The notes under the pieces were generated by a model that searched no databases, had not been told where the DNA came from, and was given only the letters and a program-made list of their open reading frames with translations. A DNA stretch of 64,000 nt, taken from the IMG/VR virus record IMGVR_UViG_3300029390_000003; one strand, written 5' to 3'. Made by a program: the position numbers and the translations under genes. Below, one piece after another: positions 41,687-50,831 of the stretch; the first letter of the stretch is position 1, and the number at the start of each line of letters is the position of its first letter. The DNA is from a virus.

Positions 41687-41771
41687 TGGTAGGGATAATC
41701 GGATTTGAACCGATACGTCTTTCGACACTTGAGTTTGAATCAAGCGTGGCTGCCAATTTCACCATATCCCC
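41687..41771 (-). tRNA. tRNA-Leu (CAA), type II.
   Basis: The acceptor stem is GGGGATA/TATCCCT and the anticodon loop TTCAAAC. The variable arm forms a hairpin. The T-arm is ATCGG-TTCAAAT-CCGAT. CCA is encoded. Confidence 0.8.
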
Positions 41772-41825
41772 ATATTGCCGGTCTTTCCCGGCTGTCAGCC
41801 CCGCGCAGGGCATTTTCGGAGGAAG

Positions 41826-41872
41826 AAATATCACGATATTTCGTTAATTATTCTAACGAAAATCACGATAAA
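41826..41872. promoter_or_regulatory. Direct-repeat / inverted-repeat / direct-repeat element between the Pnkp-like stop and tRNA-Leu(CAA).
   Basis: tATCACGATAtttcgttaATTATTCtaacgaaaATCACGATAaaatg. A 9-bp direct repeat flanks an 8-bp inverted repeat (TTTCGTTA / TAACGAAA). Confidence 0.4.
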
Positions 41873-41888
41873 ATGTCTATTTTTTAAT

Positions 41889-44108
41889 TTAGCTCTTCTG
41901 CTGACTTGCGTAGAACTCATTCCGCAGCTGAATAATACCCTTCTTGCAGAAAGACTCTTGATCTTTCTCTCGTTGTTCACGCATCCAACCATAGAACAGG
42001 TTATCCTCGGCAGTAAACAACTTTGCGGTATTTTCATAATAGCCACGTTTTTGAACGCTCTGCATGACACCACGCAAGAACTTCCAGTGCTTATAATACG
42101 GAAGCTTCAGCTTAAACATGAAATTATTGCTGTCTCGCAAAACAAAGCCTTCAACGTGTTCAAAACCATGATGCAGATAGTTCTCGTTCATGACTTCTTC
42201 GTACCAAGGATAGAATTCACTCCAGTTCTCAAAGGTTTTAACCTTCTCCTTAATCTGCAGATGACACTTCTCGGCTACACGCTTCAAATCATCATAATCC
42301 ATTACACTGAAATTCATATCATTTGCAATAATATCCAGCAAAACAATGTGCGGTTTCTTATATTCGATGATATGTGCATCATTCACAGGATCAATCACCT
42401 CGAAGATGATGGAGCCATTCTCTTTTGCAACTTCTTTCAGATTCTTACGATCTTCATCAGAAGTCGTATCCATGAGAATCTTTCGGAACATATCTGCAAA
42501 AGGCCCATCAGGAGTGGATTTACTTGCAATGAACAGACCATCCTGTTCTGCATCATACGAAATGATACCAAGAAATCCGTTCTCTTTTAGATATGCAGTC
42601 ACCGGGAACTTCAAAGTGTTCTGTAGGTTTCCAATTCTCGTTTCATTCCGCTCATCAACCGCAAAGAACTTATCATAGCTTCGAGCTACAATCTTATTCG
42701 TCTTTGTGTTAATGAACAACCCTCTTGCTTTGGTAGAAACCTCATCCCAGTGCTTCTTATAAAATGCTTCACGAGAGAAGTTGAAAGAAGAAATATCTCC
42801 GAATCGCTTCTCAAACACATATTTGCTTTGACGCATCTTACTAACAAGTTCTGCGTTATCGAACTCAGTTTTCATTTCAACGGCAGTTTCAGTCTTTGGC
42901 TCCTCTTTTCGGAATACATCATTCTTGGTTTCTACGCATTTGATAGGCTGACCGTGTTCAAGCTCCACACAACGAAGATATCCACCAAACTCGATTTTGC
43001 CTTCAAGATTGTAGCACCGATGACCCATATCAATAGGAACATCCTGTACATTTCGATGGCCGAAGATCTGAATATAGCTATCCGGCATCGACTTTTCCCA
43101 AGACTCAGCCACGGTCAGTATATCAGGATAGCGGCCTACGCCTTTAATCATCTGATCCGCAGACACGAACGGAAGAAAATAAGGAAGATAGCTCAGACCA
43201 CCGTGACTTACGAAATACCGCTTACCATCATACTCAAAGTAGACACACTGGCCGACTCTGGAATAGATCTTACGAGCAGTGTTCTTGTCAATACCGGCTT
43301 TAAAGAGCTGCGGACGAGTGTAGTTTGCAAACTCTTCACTTTGAACCGGTTTATCACGCCCCCACTTGTTCAGCCAATGCTCGTGGTTCCCTTCCAAAAG
43401 GATCACATTCTTGCGGTTGTTATTTACAACATCACACAAGAACTTGAATACCTCAACGTTTTCGATGCCACGATCGAGATAATCACCAACGAAGATATAA
43501 AGCTCGTCGTCCTTCATCTCACCAAGGTATTCACTCAAGCAGGTATAGCAGCCATGAATATCACCGATGATATGTATCTTTTTCCACTGGTTAAAGTCAT
43601 TCGGGCAGTAGTTCAAATCGGACATCACATCCGTAGTAGAAGGAAGAACTGTCACGCCAGAAGGAACTTTTTGAGTAGCAAACCGAGCGTACATCTTATC
43701 AATAGCCGCTTCAGGAACTCGCTTTAGCCATTCTCTCTGAGCGTTTCTTCGTTTGCATTCCTCGATCGGAAGGTCCGTCATATCAATAACATACATCCGA
43801 TAACGATACTGTTTTGCAAGATTCTTATAACAATTCATTTCGACCGTCTTGGAATTCGTTGCATCAATCACAGTAAACTCGCCATGGCTCATCCGCACCT
43901 CAAGCAGTTTGAAAAGCATCTCCCATACAACATCATCATTCTGCTGAGAAATCTCCATCTGCCCATCAGGTGTTTCCTGTGCGCTCTGGCACATAAGGCG
44001 AAGTGTATCAACACTCAATACGTACTGCTCAAGATTATGCTCTTTAATATAGGTGGACTTCCCGCAACCGGGTGCTCCACGGAACAGTAAAAGTGTTCTC
44101 ATCTGCAT
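41889..44108 (-). CDS. Pnkp-like RNA end-healing and sealing enzyme: P-loop polynucleotide kinase, calcineurin-type phosphatase, and a C-terminal nucleotidyltransferase (ligase-like) domain.
   Basis: The N-terminus has Walker A (FRGAPGCGKST). The middle has the binuclear phosphoesterase motifs IIGDIHGCY, GDYLDRG and GNHE. The C-terminal 350 aa carry a KxNG lysine motif (AYLKENGFLGII) like ligase/adenylyltransferase motif I. The domain order matches bacterial Pnkp. Confidence 0.7.
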   Translation of the reverse strand: MQMRTLLLFRGAPGCGKSTYIKEHNLEQYVLSVDTLRLMCQSAQETPDGQMEISQQNDDVVWEMLFKLLEVRMSHGEFTVIDATNSKTVEMNCYKNLAKQYRYRMYVIDMTDLPIEECKRRNAQREWLKRVPEAAIDKMYARFATQKVPSGVTVLPSTTDVMSDLNYCPNDFNQWKKIHIIGDIHGCYTCLSEYLGEMKDDELYIFVGDYLDRGIENVEVFKFLCDVVNNNRKNVILLEGNHEHWLNKWGRDKPVQSEEFANYTRPQLFKAGIDKNTARKIYSRVGQCVYFEYDGKRYFVSHGGLSYLPYFLPFVSADQMIKGVGRYPDILTVAESWEKSMPDSYIQIFGHRNVQDVPIDMGHRCYNLEGKIEFGGYLRCVELEHGQPIKCVETKNDVFRKEEPKTETAVEMKTEFDNAELVSKMRQSKYVFEKRFGDISSFNFSREAFYKKHWDEVSTKARGLFINTKTNKIVARSYDKFFAVDERNETRIGNLQNTLKFPVTAYLKENGFLGIISYDAEQDGLFIASKSTPDGPFADMFRKILMDTTSDEDRKNLKEVAKENGSIIFEVIDPVNDAHIIEYKKPHIVLLDIIANDMNFSVMDYDDLKRVAEKCHLQIKEKVKTFENWSEFYPWYEEVMNENYLHHGFEHVEGFVLRDSNNFMFKLKLPYYKHWKFLRGVMQSVQKRGYYENTAKLFTAEDNLFYGWMREQREKDQESFCKKGIIQLRNEFYASQQKS

Positions 44109-44123
44109 CTCCCTTTCTAATAG

Positions 44124-44141
44124 GTATCCTGTGTTATATAG
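44124..44141 (-). promoter_or_regulatory. 18-bp motif, copy f, 16 nt upstream of the Pnkp-like start.
   Basis: GTATCCTGTGTTATATAG. It is followed on the gene strand by tattagaaAGGGAGatgcagATG. Confidence 0.6.
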
Positions 44142-44152
44142 TTAGCATGTTA

Positions 44153-44180
44153 AAATGAAGGGGCCGAAGCCCCCTGTTTT
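44153..44180 (-). terminator. Bidirectional rho-independent terminator after the 44180..45106 gene.
   Basis: On the minus strand, the stop codon TAA is followed by aaaCAGGGGGCttcgGCCCCttcatttt. The + strand reads GGGGCcgaaGCCCCctgttttt. Confidence 0.7.
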
Positions 44181-45106
44181 TAATTTTCATGGAAATATTC
44201 AACCCAACCTTTATATCCTTGCCGGAAACTAAGATAGGCAACTTTACTGCACTTTCTTCCGATAATGTCCGCAAGAGGACCTTTACCATTTCCGAAACTA
44301 AGTTCTGCAAGATTAAATTTTGGATGAGTTTTACAGTAGTTATAAACCTTGATATACTCACAATTTCTGGCTAAATATCTTTGATCTAAGGTTTTTGAAT
44401 GATGCCTTTTTTCGAGGATATCGTTCAACCTCGAAAAATAGACATGAATTGAAATTATAGACGTCTTTGGATCACTGTTTACACCGGGTTTATCCTTCGT
44501 TTTGCGTAGGATATAATCGCCATTCATGACATAAAATGTTCTATAACCGCTCTTATTGGGGGCATCATACTGTTTCATCTCGTAACATTGCTTGATAATA
44601 TCCATTAACCTTGCGTCAACATCAGTCTTATCAAGAACGGTATTAGATTCAAAATCCACATCGTTAATTGTTAGATTAGAAATCTCATCGGAAGTAAGAC
44701 CAATCCAGTACAAAACAGCAATTACGTTCATACGAATCTGATATGGCTCTTCGTACTTATTTAAGAAGTCAACAAATTCGTCAACCGACGCAAAATAACT
44801 GTCATTGTACATATCATCTGCGCTTACATCGCTCTCTGAAAAGTCAGCCAGATCATACATGCTTGTTTCGTTTTCACTTTTGATGTAGCCTGTGATTATT
44901 GACTTCACATTTTTAAACGAACGACTCGAATTCACCCAATTATATTTGGCAAACATCTTTACGAAATCATCTTTTGTGAAGTCAAACAACTCATACCCAC
45001 GCTCGGCCTCGTAATCCATGACGTGACGCATCGTCGATGCAACAAACTCACCGCTTCTATCAGAATACTTTTCGGCAAAAGCTTTGATTTTTTCTTCAGT
45101 AAGCAT
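44180..45106 (-). CDS. Hypothetical protein.
   Basis: This 308-aa ORF has a clean stop followed by a terminator hairpin. No confident domain was found. Confidence 0.3.
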   Translation of the reverse strand: MLTEEKIKAFAEKYSDRSGEFVASTMRHVMDYEAERGYELFDFTKDDFVKMFAKYNWVNSSRSFKNVKSIITGYIKSENETSMYDLADFSESDVSADDMYNDSYFASVDEFVDFLNKYEEPYQIRMNVIAVLYWIGLTSDEISNLTINDVDFESNTVLDKTDVDARLMDIIKQCYEMKQYDAPNKSGYRTFYVMNGDYILRKTKDKPGVNSDPKTSIISIHVYFSRLNDILEKRHHSKTLDQRYLARNCEYIKVYNYCKTHPKFNLAELSFGNGKGPLADIIGRKCSKVAYLSFRQGYKGWVEYFHEN

Positions 45107-45159
45107 AGTGGCACACTCCTTCTTATTATATGTAGTGTACCATTAAACCTTATAAAAAA

Positions 45160-45579
45160 TCAAGCAAATGCGGCAAAATTCTGAAATTCCATGGTATGTT
45201 GTACGCCGCTCAGGAATGCTGCAAGCAAAAACGGTTCATCCTTGCATCTTGCCATTGCGATCATATTCATCTGACGCTCCGACAAGACACCAAGTTTTTT
45301 AATGAACTGTCCTTTGTTAAGTGTATCAGTCTCTTCACATAGAACGATACTATCAACCTCTAGGAAATCACAATCTTCCTTTGAGAGTAGAACATGAACC
45401 GGAGAGCGCTTGTATATTCTGGAAGACAACGGATTCCCTTTAATTGTTGGACTAAAGAAGTTGCGCTTATTGTTGCTCGTCACAACGAACGGTCGAATAC
45501 CGCGCTGCTGATGACCTGTCGCATTGGATAGATCAACCAACCAAACCTCTCCGACCTTTGGGTCAATATTGTTGTCCAT
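45160..45579 (-). CDS. MazF/PemK-family endoribonuclease-like protein, with no antitoxin partner evident.
   Basis: The N-terminal pattern GEVWLVDLSNATGHQQRGIRPFVVTSNN and the later SIVLCEETDTLNK...GVLSERQMNMI match the PemK/MazF fold signature. Confidence 0.55.
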   Translation of the reverse strand: MDNNIDPKVGEVWLVDLSNATGHQQRGIRPFVVTSNNKRNFFSPTIKGNPLSSRIYKRSPVHVLLSKEDCDFLEVDSIVLCEETDTLNKGQFIKKLGVLSERQMNMIAMARCKDEPFLLAAFLSGVQHTMEFQNFAAFA

Positions 45580-45618
45580 AGTCTTTCTCCTCTATAATAG
45601 TGTAGCTCCGTTCCATAG

Positions 45619-45636
45619 CTATATTATACAGGATAC
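45619..45636 (+). promoter_or_regulatory. 18-bp motif, copy g (inverted orientation), upstream of the MazF-like gene.
   Basis: CTATATTATACAGGATAC on the + strand. Confidence 0.5.
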
Positions 45637-45670
45637 CTTTACAGAAGTCAATAGGTTTTCAAAAATATTT

Positions 45671-45997
45671 TTAGTGCCCGTACAACTCTGGATTCTCTGA
45701 TACGAACACGCTGGTGTTATCGAATATCATCTCATACGCTTTCTCTTTATCGCCCGGCCTAAACTCAACCCTCCTTACTTCGTGACATTCTTGCCGCAAC
45801 TCAATATGACTTTCGTTTCCAAAAAATCCAATGCCTTTGACAATCCCATGCGTCTCTACGCCAATGTCGTCCATCTTTTTGCAGATCATGTGAACATCCA
45901 CACCATTGCAAATAAAACAGACCCACACTCGCTTTTTTCTTATGTACTTCAAAAAGTTCTCAACCTGTATAACTCCCAAAACCTTTTTCTCACTCAT
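45671..45997 (-). CDS. Hypothetical protein.
   Basis: A 108-aa ORF upstream of the MazF-like gene. It does not resemble an AbrB/MazE swapped-hairpin fold. Confidence 0.3.
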   Translation of the reverse strand: MSEKKVLGVIQVENFLKYIRKKRVWVCFICNGVDVHMICKKMDDIGVETHGIVKGIGFFGNESHIELRQECHEVRRVEFRPGDKEKAYEMIFDNTSVFVSENPELYGH

Positions 45998-46095
45998 CGA
46001 AATACCGCCTTCCGATCACATAAACAACTTCCAAGATATATTATACACATCTTTTTGTTTTCGTCAATATGTACCACACCATTTTGTTGTGCTAC

Positions 46096-46132
46096 TTTAT
46101 CAAAATTTTAGATGATGCCATTTACTCAGCAT
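46096..46132 (-). terminator. Hairpin terminator overlapping the stop codon of 46122..46748.
   Basis: The stem GATGATGC / GCATCATC is followed by taaaattttgat on the minus strand. Confidence 0.5.
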
Positions 46133-46748
46133 CATCCACAACCAGCTTCGCGTCATAATAAAACCTGTGTGCGCCAAATTGCCCAGCAAAGGTTGCTCCG
46201 CGCTCGTGCCAACTGCCTGGAGCAGCCGCCGGGGTTACAAACCATTGAATAGGTTTGTCTGAAATCTTAGCGCCGTAATCAAACACCATAGACACAGCCA
46301 GTTCGTTCTCTGCCGTCACCTTCCTATTATATAAGGAACTATAACCATACTTCTTAAAGACCTGCTGGATGGTTAGACTATCAAGTACAGCGGAATCATA
46401 AAGGCATTGGGCCACAGCCATCTGGCCTTCCAAACTGTCAGCACCTGCTTCACAAGCAACGATCTGCTCCGCAAGAGCACGTTCGTCATCAGTGAGTTTA
46501 TGTTTGCCCTGACCAAAGTTTACAATCCGCATCTCAGTAACGGTTTCTACAATGACTTCTGGCTCCTTTTCCTCTTGCTGCACTACACTCACTGCCGGAG
46601 GGCTATTATTATAAAGGTATGAATCACCATGATTCTGAATTACCGGACTGATCTTCGATACAAGATTCCCCGTCAGCAGGCACATTATACACACAATAGC
46701 AATACTTTGCTCACGATTTATTAACAAATTAGAGTTAATAAGAATCAC
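46122..46748 (-). CDS. SleB-like cell-wall hydrolase with an N-terminal signal anchor.
   Basis: The N-terminal transmembrane segment is followed by DERALAEQIVACEAGADSLEGQMAVAQCLYDSAV, which matches the Hydrolase_2 / SleB motif. Confidence 0.55.
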   Translation of the reverse strand: MILINSNLLINREQSIAIVCIMCLLTGNLVSKISPVIQNHGDSYLYNNSPPAVSVVQQEEKEPEVIVETVTEMRIVNFGQGKHKLTDDERALAEQIVACEAGADSLEGQMAVAQCLYDSAVLDSLTIQQVFKKYGYSSLYNRKVTAENELAVSMVFDYGAKISDKPIQWFVTPAAAPGSWHERGATFAGQFGAHRFYYDAKLVVDDAE

Positions 46749-46772
46749 TTCCTTTCAAAAATATTGGTTTTA

Positions 46773-47525
46773 TCAGATCTTTAAAGACTCCTCATTTACG
46801 GTCATCACAAGCTCGTTGACCCGCTTCCAATCAACATTGTCCGGCAGGTAAGTCTCGCTCTTGTCAACTGACAATCTGCTTTCATAGGCCGGAATCAGTT
46901 GCTGACGAATCTCTTTGTAATCATATTCACCGTTGCGAAGCTGCGTCAGGAAGTTATGATCATTGTCTCGATAGGTTTTAATTTCACCTTTTTCCAAGAT
47001 GTCAAAGAGCATCAGGTATACACGAACTGCATTCATTACCGTCTTGTGCATTTTCTTTGAATTATGGTAGATTGGATCTTTGTCTAATGTATCAGACTTC
47101 TGAATCAGCTTGCCTGCAAAACCTCCAAACGAGTAAATCACACGCTTTGAAAGGAATAGGTTTTTGTTGTCCATAAGTAGCTGCGTCATTGGGTTATAGC
47201 TAATAACGAGTTCATCGGCATTTCCTAACTGTTCCAGCATATTGGGATTTCCACTGCACATCAATTTCACAGCTTTGTTAAAGCTATAAATCGTTGTATC
47301 GGTCTGAGTGTCCACATAATGCTCAAACTCACCGAGACCAAGAAGGTCTTCTTTTGAATTCAATGCTACACCTCGAATGTCAAGATCTGAGCCCTCAACA
47401 TTTGTCCCGTAAGCATGACTGCCACCGACCGTTACGAACATCATATGCTTGCCAAGATGCTCATTCTCCCGAAGAAAACTATATTCTGGGAAGCATAACG
47501 CTCCAAGCAATTCATTTCTTGTCAT
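46773..47525 (-). CDS. Pol-beta-superfamily nucleotidyltransferase, PF10127/RlaP-like.
   Basis: VTVGGSHAYGTNVEGSDLDIRGVA is the GS-x-YG ... SDxDxRG active-site pattern of this nucleotidyltransferase family. Confidence 0.5.
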   Translation of the reverse strand: MTRNELLGALCFPEYSFLRENEHLGKHMMFVTVGGSHAYGTNVEGSDLDIRGVALNSKEDLLGLGEFEHYVDTQTDTTIYSFNKAVKLMCSGNPNMLEQLGNADELVISYNPMTQLLMDNKNLFLSKRVIYSFGGFAGKLIQKSDTLDKDPIYHNSKKMHKTVMNAVRVYLMLFDILEKGEIKTYRDNDHNFLTQLRNGEYDYKEIRQQLIPAYESRLSVDKSETYLPDNVDWKRVNELVMTVNEESLKI

Positions 47526-49058
47526 AGAATCACCTCTATTAGAACTTAGTTTTTATCAGATGTCTTTCCACCACTCGGAAATATCATCATCGTTAATTTC
47601 TTTCTTTGTTCCGACCTCACGAAAGCATTCGCAGATACTATCCCAAATTGCAATCACAAGATCACTACTTCTTTCAAGAGTATGCCCGAAGTAGTCCTTG
47701 TAATAAAGGTTAAGCATAAACGATTTTCCATTCATTCCATAAGTTGGAATTGGTTCATCAGCAACTTTAATCCACATACGGCCTCCTTAAATCTTAACTT
47801 TTATAAATCCGTTTATTCCATGCTTCGATAAGATCGGCTTTAATTTTTGCTTTTTCCATTTCAGAGGAATCAAAGTCGTAAGTTTTGCTTTCCATGATAA
47901 CATAGCAGTTGCACCTATTTTCTTTGTTTCCTCTCGTAACATACATCCATCGTGTTTGGCGATAACCGCCCTCTGCAATAGTAACTTCTCCACCGCAAAA
48001 TGGACACGGTTTCAAATTATCCATTTCGACCATTCCTTCCCTGTTTCATTTCCAGCCGCCCACTCTGATCATCGGCATCGGAAAGCGCTCCTAACAGACT
48101 AAGTGCGTACACGGCATCCAATACTATAAGTAAAATTATCATAATCCACATTATATTAACCTCACATTCTTTTGGCTTGACCATCTTGTATTGAGGTTGT
48201 CTCAAGCATACACCGCACAAAGAGATTATTCAACACAATTATCAAAATTACCAAAATTTTACTAATAATCCTACGTCATCAATAGTTATATCATCGGTCT
48301 GCACATCCTTTTGTTAAGTATCCACAAGAACCCGGATTTTATCAATTCTTGCATACTTTACATCATTAGCCATCAAACCCCATAATGGAAACTGTATGCT
48401 TTCCGTTATCATAACGAAAATAAAATCCGCCAAGAGTTTTGATGGTCTCTAATTTTGTCATGTATTCAGCAAGTTTTATTTCATACAAATCTCCAGAAAA
48501 GTGTTCTAACCCTTTCCATTGTTCATCAAGCTCATTCGTTAACTGTCTAATACCTTTGCATAACGCTTTGATTTTCTCGTCATTACTTTTCATCCATTGC
48601 ATCCTCAAGCTTTCCGTTGATGGAGTCGATTTCACGCATTAGCTTACAACGCCAATTACCATCTTTGTCAAGCCTAAAACACAGATTCTCATCATTACTC
48701 TTGTATCCCATGTAGCAGTAAGCCCTACACAAGCTTGTTGCATCAAGTGCGTCTTGTATAACTCGTGCTTCATTGAGAGTCAAATCAATCTTCATCTTGT
48801 TTCTCTCCAATCAAACTTCTGACCACAATCTCTGCAATAGTGATCATACCTACTTGTAATTACCGTATTGCATTTGGGACAGCGAAAACTTCCATGCTTC
48901 GGATCGACGACAACTATTTCACCCTCAATACGGCTGAAATAGTCATCAAGTACATCGCTCAAAATCATCTTCCCACGCCAGCCGAGGTCATTCTGCTGAA
49001 TATTCTTCGTGAGAATTCGATATGCGCTAATGATTTCACGCTTTGTGTATTTCATGTT

Positions 49059-49577
49059 TTACTCCTCTACAATATCCTGATTCACAGAATTCCATACCTC
49101 GGTCGAAGTGCTGTCATTCTCATCAGATAGGCGATCAATCCAAGCGTTCAACACTTCTCTATACACAGTCATATTCGGGCAAAAATGACTGTTGGTAAAT
49201 ACCGGCATATCGTCATTGCACAAGATTCTCATGATGGCAGCACACACAGCGGCAGATCTCGATACACCAGCAGCACAATTCACGCAGAACCAATCGGTTT
49301 TATCTGCTTCGTGATTATCCAGAACAAAATTCACGATATCCTTAGCCTGAATATCAGTGATACAGGTGCCTTCTAAATCAGTAGTGCAATCATCAAACTT
49401 CAGCGGGAGAAAAGTAATATTGCCCTCACACTTATGAAAATCAATATGATGACCATTAGCTTCAGTGATTGAGATAAACCGTATCCGTTCAAAATGTGGC
49501 TGTCGGATAAAGTCTTCTGCATCTTCTGCACTCATCACCGAGAATTTCCATTTTCTTCGATACATAGTAACAATCAT
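49059..49577 (-). CDS. Cys-based (dual-specificity / PTP-like) phosphatase.
   Basis: The P-loop VNCAAGVSRSAAV (CxxGxxRS) is present, and the general-acid Asp lies upstream. Confidence 0.55.
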   Translation of the reverse strand: MIVTMYRRKWKFSVMSAEDAEDFIRQPHFERIRFISITEANGHHIDFHKCEGNITFLPLKFDDCTTDLEGTCITDIQAKDIVNFVLDNHEADKTDWFCVNCAAGVSRSAAVCAAIMRILCNDDMPVFTNSHFCPNMTVYREVLNAWIDRLSDENDSTSTEVWNSVNQDIVEE

Positions 49578-50429
49578 TTAGTTTTCCCTCCAAAGAATTT
49601 AGGTTTTATATGGGTCTACGTCAAAAGCTTCCTTGGTATATTCTGCCTTAACCCTTTCGAGCACTTCATCGACGATGTTAATAGCAATTTCTAACCCATG
49701 CATTTTACCATGTAGATATATTCTGCCACCATTCTTTTTCATATCGAGAGCAGACTCAAAATGCTCTCGTCTAGCGTCAATGTATTCATCATATAATCGA
49801 TTGTAAATTTCTTCCAGTTCTTTCATATTTATACCTCCACTTAAAACGCAAACGGATTACTATTCACTGTTATTATCAGCGCTACATTAAAAGCAAACAT
49901 TACAAATGCGGTCATTCTCTATCACCTCAATCTCTAAATTCAATATCTACAACAATATTCTCAGGCTCTGTCATGTACCTTCGTGCCAGCAGTTCTACCA
50001 TGCGTTCCTTATCCCCAAGATTGCTATTACGCAGTAGGTATGAACAAACTTGCCTACCTCTGTACAAGAACACAGCCCATGCATTTCTCCTCAATGGGTT
50101 TGTTGTGTTAATCATTCCATCGCTTCCTCCAGAGATGTGGTCACATCGCCAAAGTCAAAATCCAGAGCACCAATCATATCATCCAGAGCATCTACAGCAT
50201 CGGACAGGTTTGTACAAGCCTCGTCTGCCTTGTCATACCGCTCACTCCCCTGCAGATTCTCCGGCATGTTGTCACGATACTCTTCTTCTTCCCACTGGAT
50301 ATTCTCAACATCGGATTTTACACTTTCGACCTCAGACACGAGCTCGTCCAGCTTCTTACGGATGGAATCAAAACGATCAATAGTCTGCTTAATAGCTTTT
50401 CTACGAGTGTTATTCATTTTCAAATCTCC

Positions 50430-50831
50430 TCAATCTACGATGCCAAGCTTGCAAATATTTTTCGGATCGGTGATATAACCAAACGTCAATGTATTTCGCA
50501 GATACCCTTTATACTCAAATCCACGGTCACGAGCTGCCAACCGGCATACATCTCGAATCGCAGATTCTCTCGGCCAAGAAATACCAGCCAGCTGATACTT
50601 CCACTGAAGGTCTCTCAGCTTCTGCCACTCAATCACAGGCTTCTTTTCATCCTCGAAACATAAACCGTTCTGCACGGCATACTTCAGAGCATCACACCGC
50701 TTACTCTCTTCCGATGTACAAGTCCCCCATTCGTTTTCCAGACGGCGATACGCCTTATCAAACGGTGCTTGCTTTGCTCCATCAATCGCAAATGCTGCGC
50801 CAAGTAAACCCAAACCAAGTAACAGTCCCAT
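50430..50831 (-). CDS. Secreted or membrane-anchored hypothetical protein.
   Basis: It has an N-terminal signal or transmembrane segment (MGLLLGLGLLGAAFAIDGA). Confidence 0.3.
   Translation of the reverse strand: MGLLLGLGLLGAAFAIDGAKQAPFDKAYRRLENEWGTCTSEESKRCDALKYAVQNGLCFEDEKKPVIEWQKLRDLQWKYQLAGISWPRESAIRDVCRLAARDRGFEYKGYLRNTLTFGYITDPKNICKLGIVD

Noticed and set aside
41577-42590. The ORFs 41577..41834 (-) and 41775..42590 (+) from the track.
   Set aside because: The first overlaps tRNA-Leu(CAA). The second is antisense to the Pnkp-like gene.
42750-43727. A 325-aa + strand ORF.
   Set aside because: It is a mirror ORF inside the Pnkp-like gene, with no motifs or ribosome-binding site.
44180-45106. 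Hen1-like methyltransferase partner for the Pnkp-like gene.
   Set aside because: The adjacent 308-aa protein has no SAM-binding glycine motif. No Hen1 candidate was found in the window.
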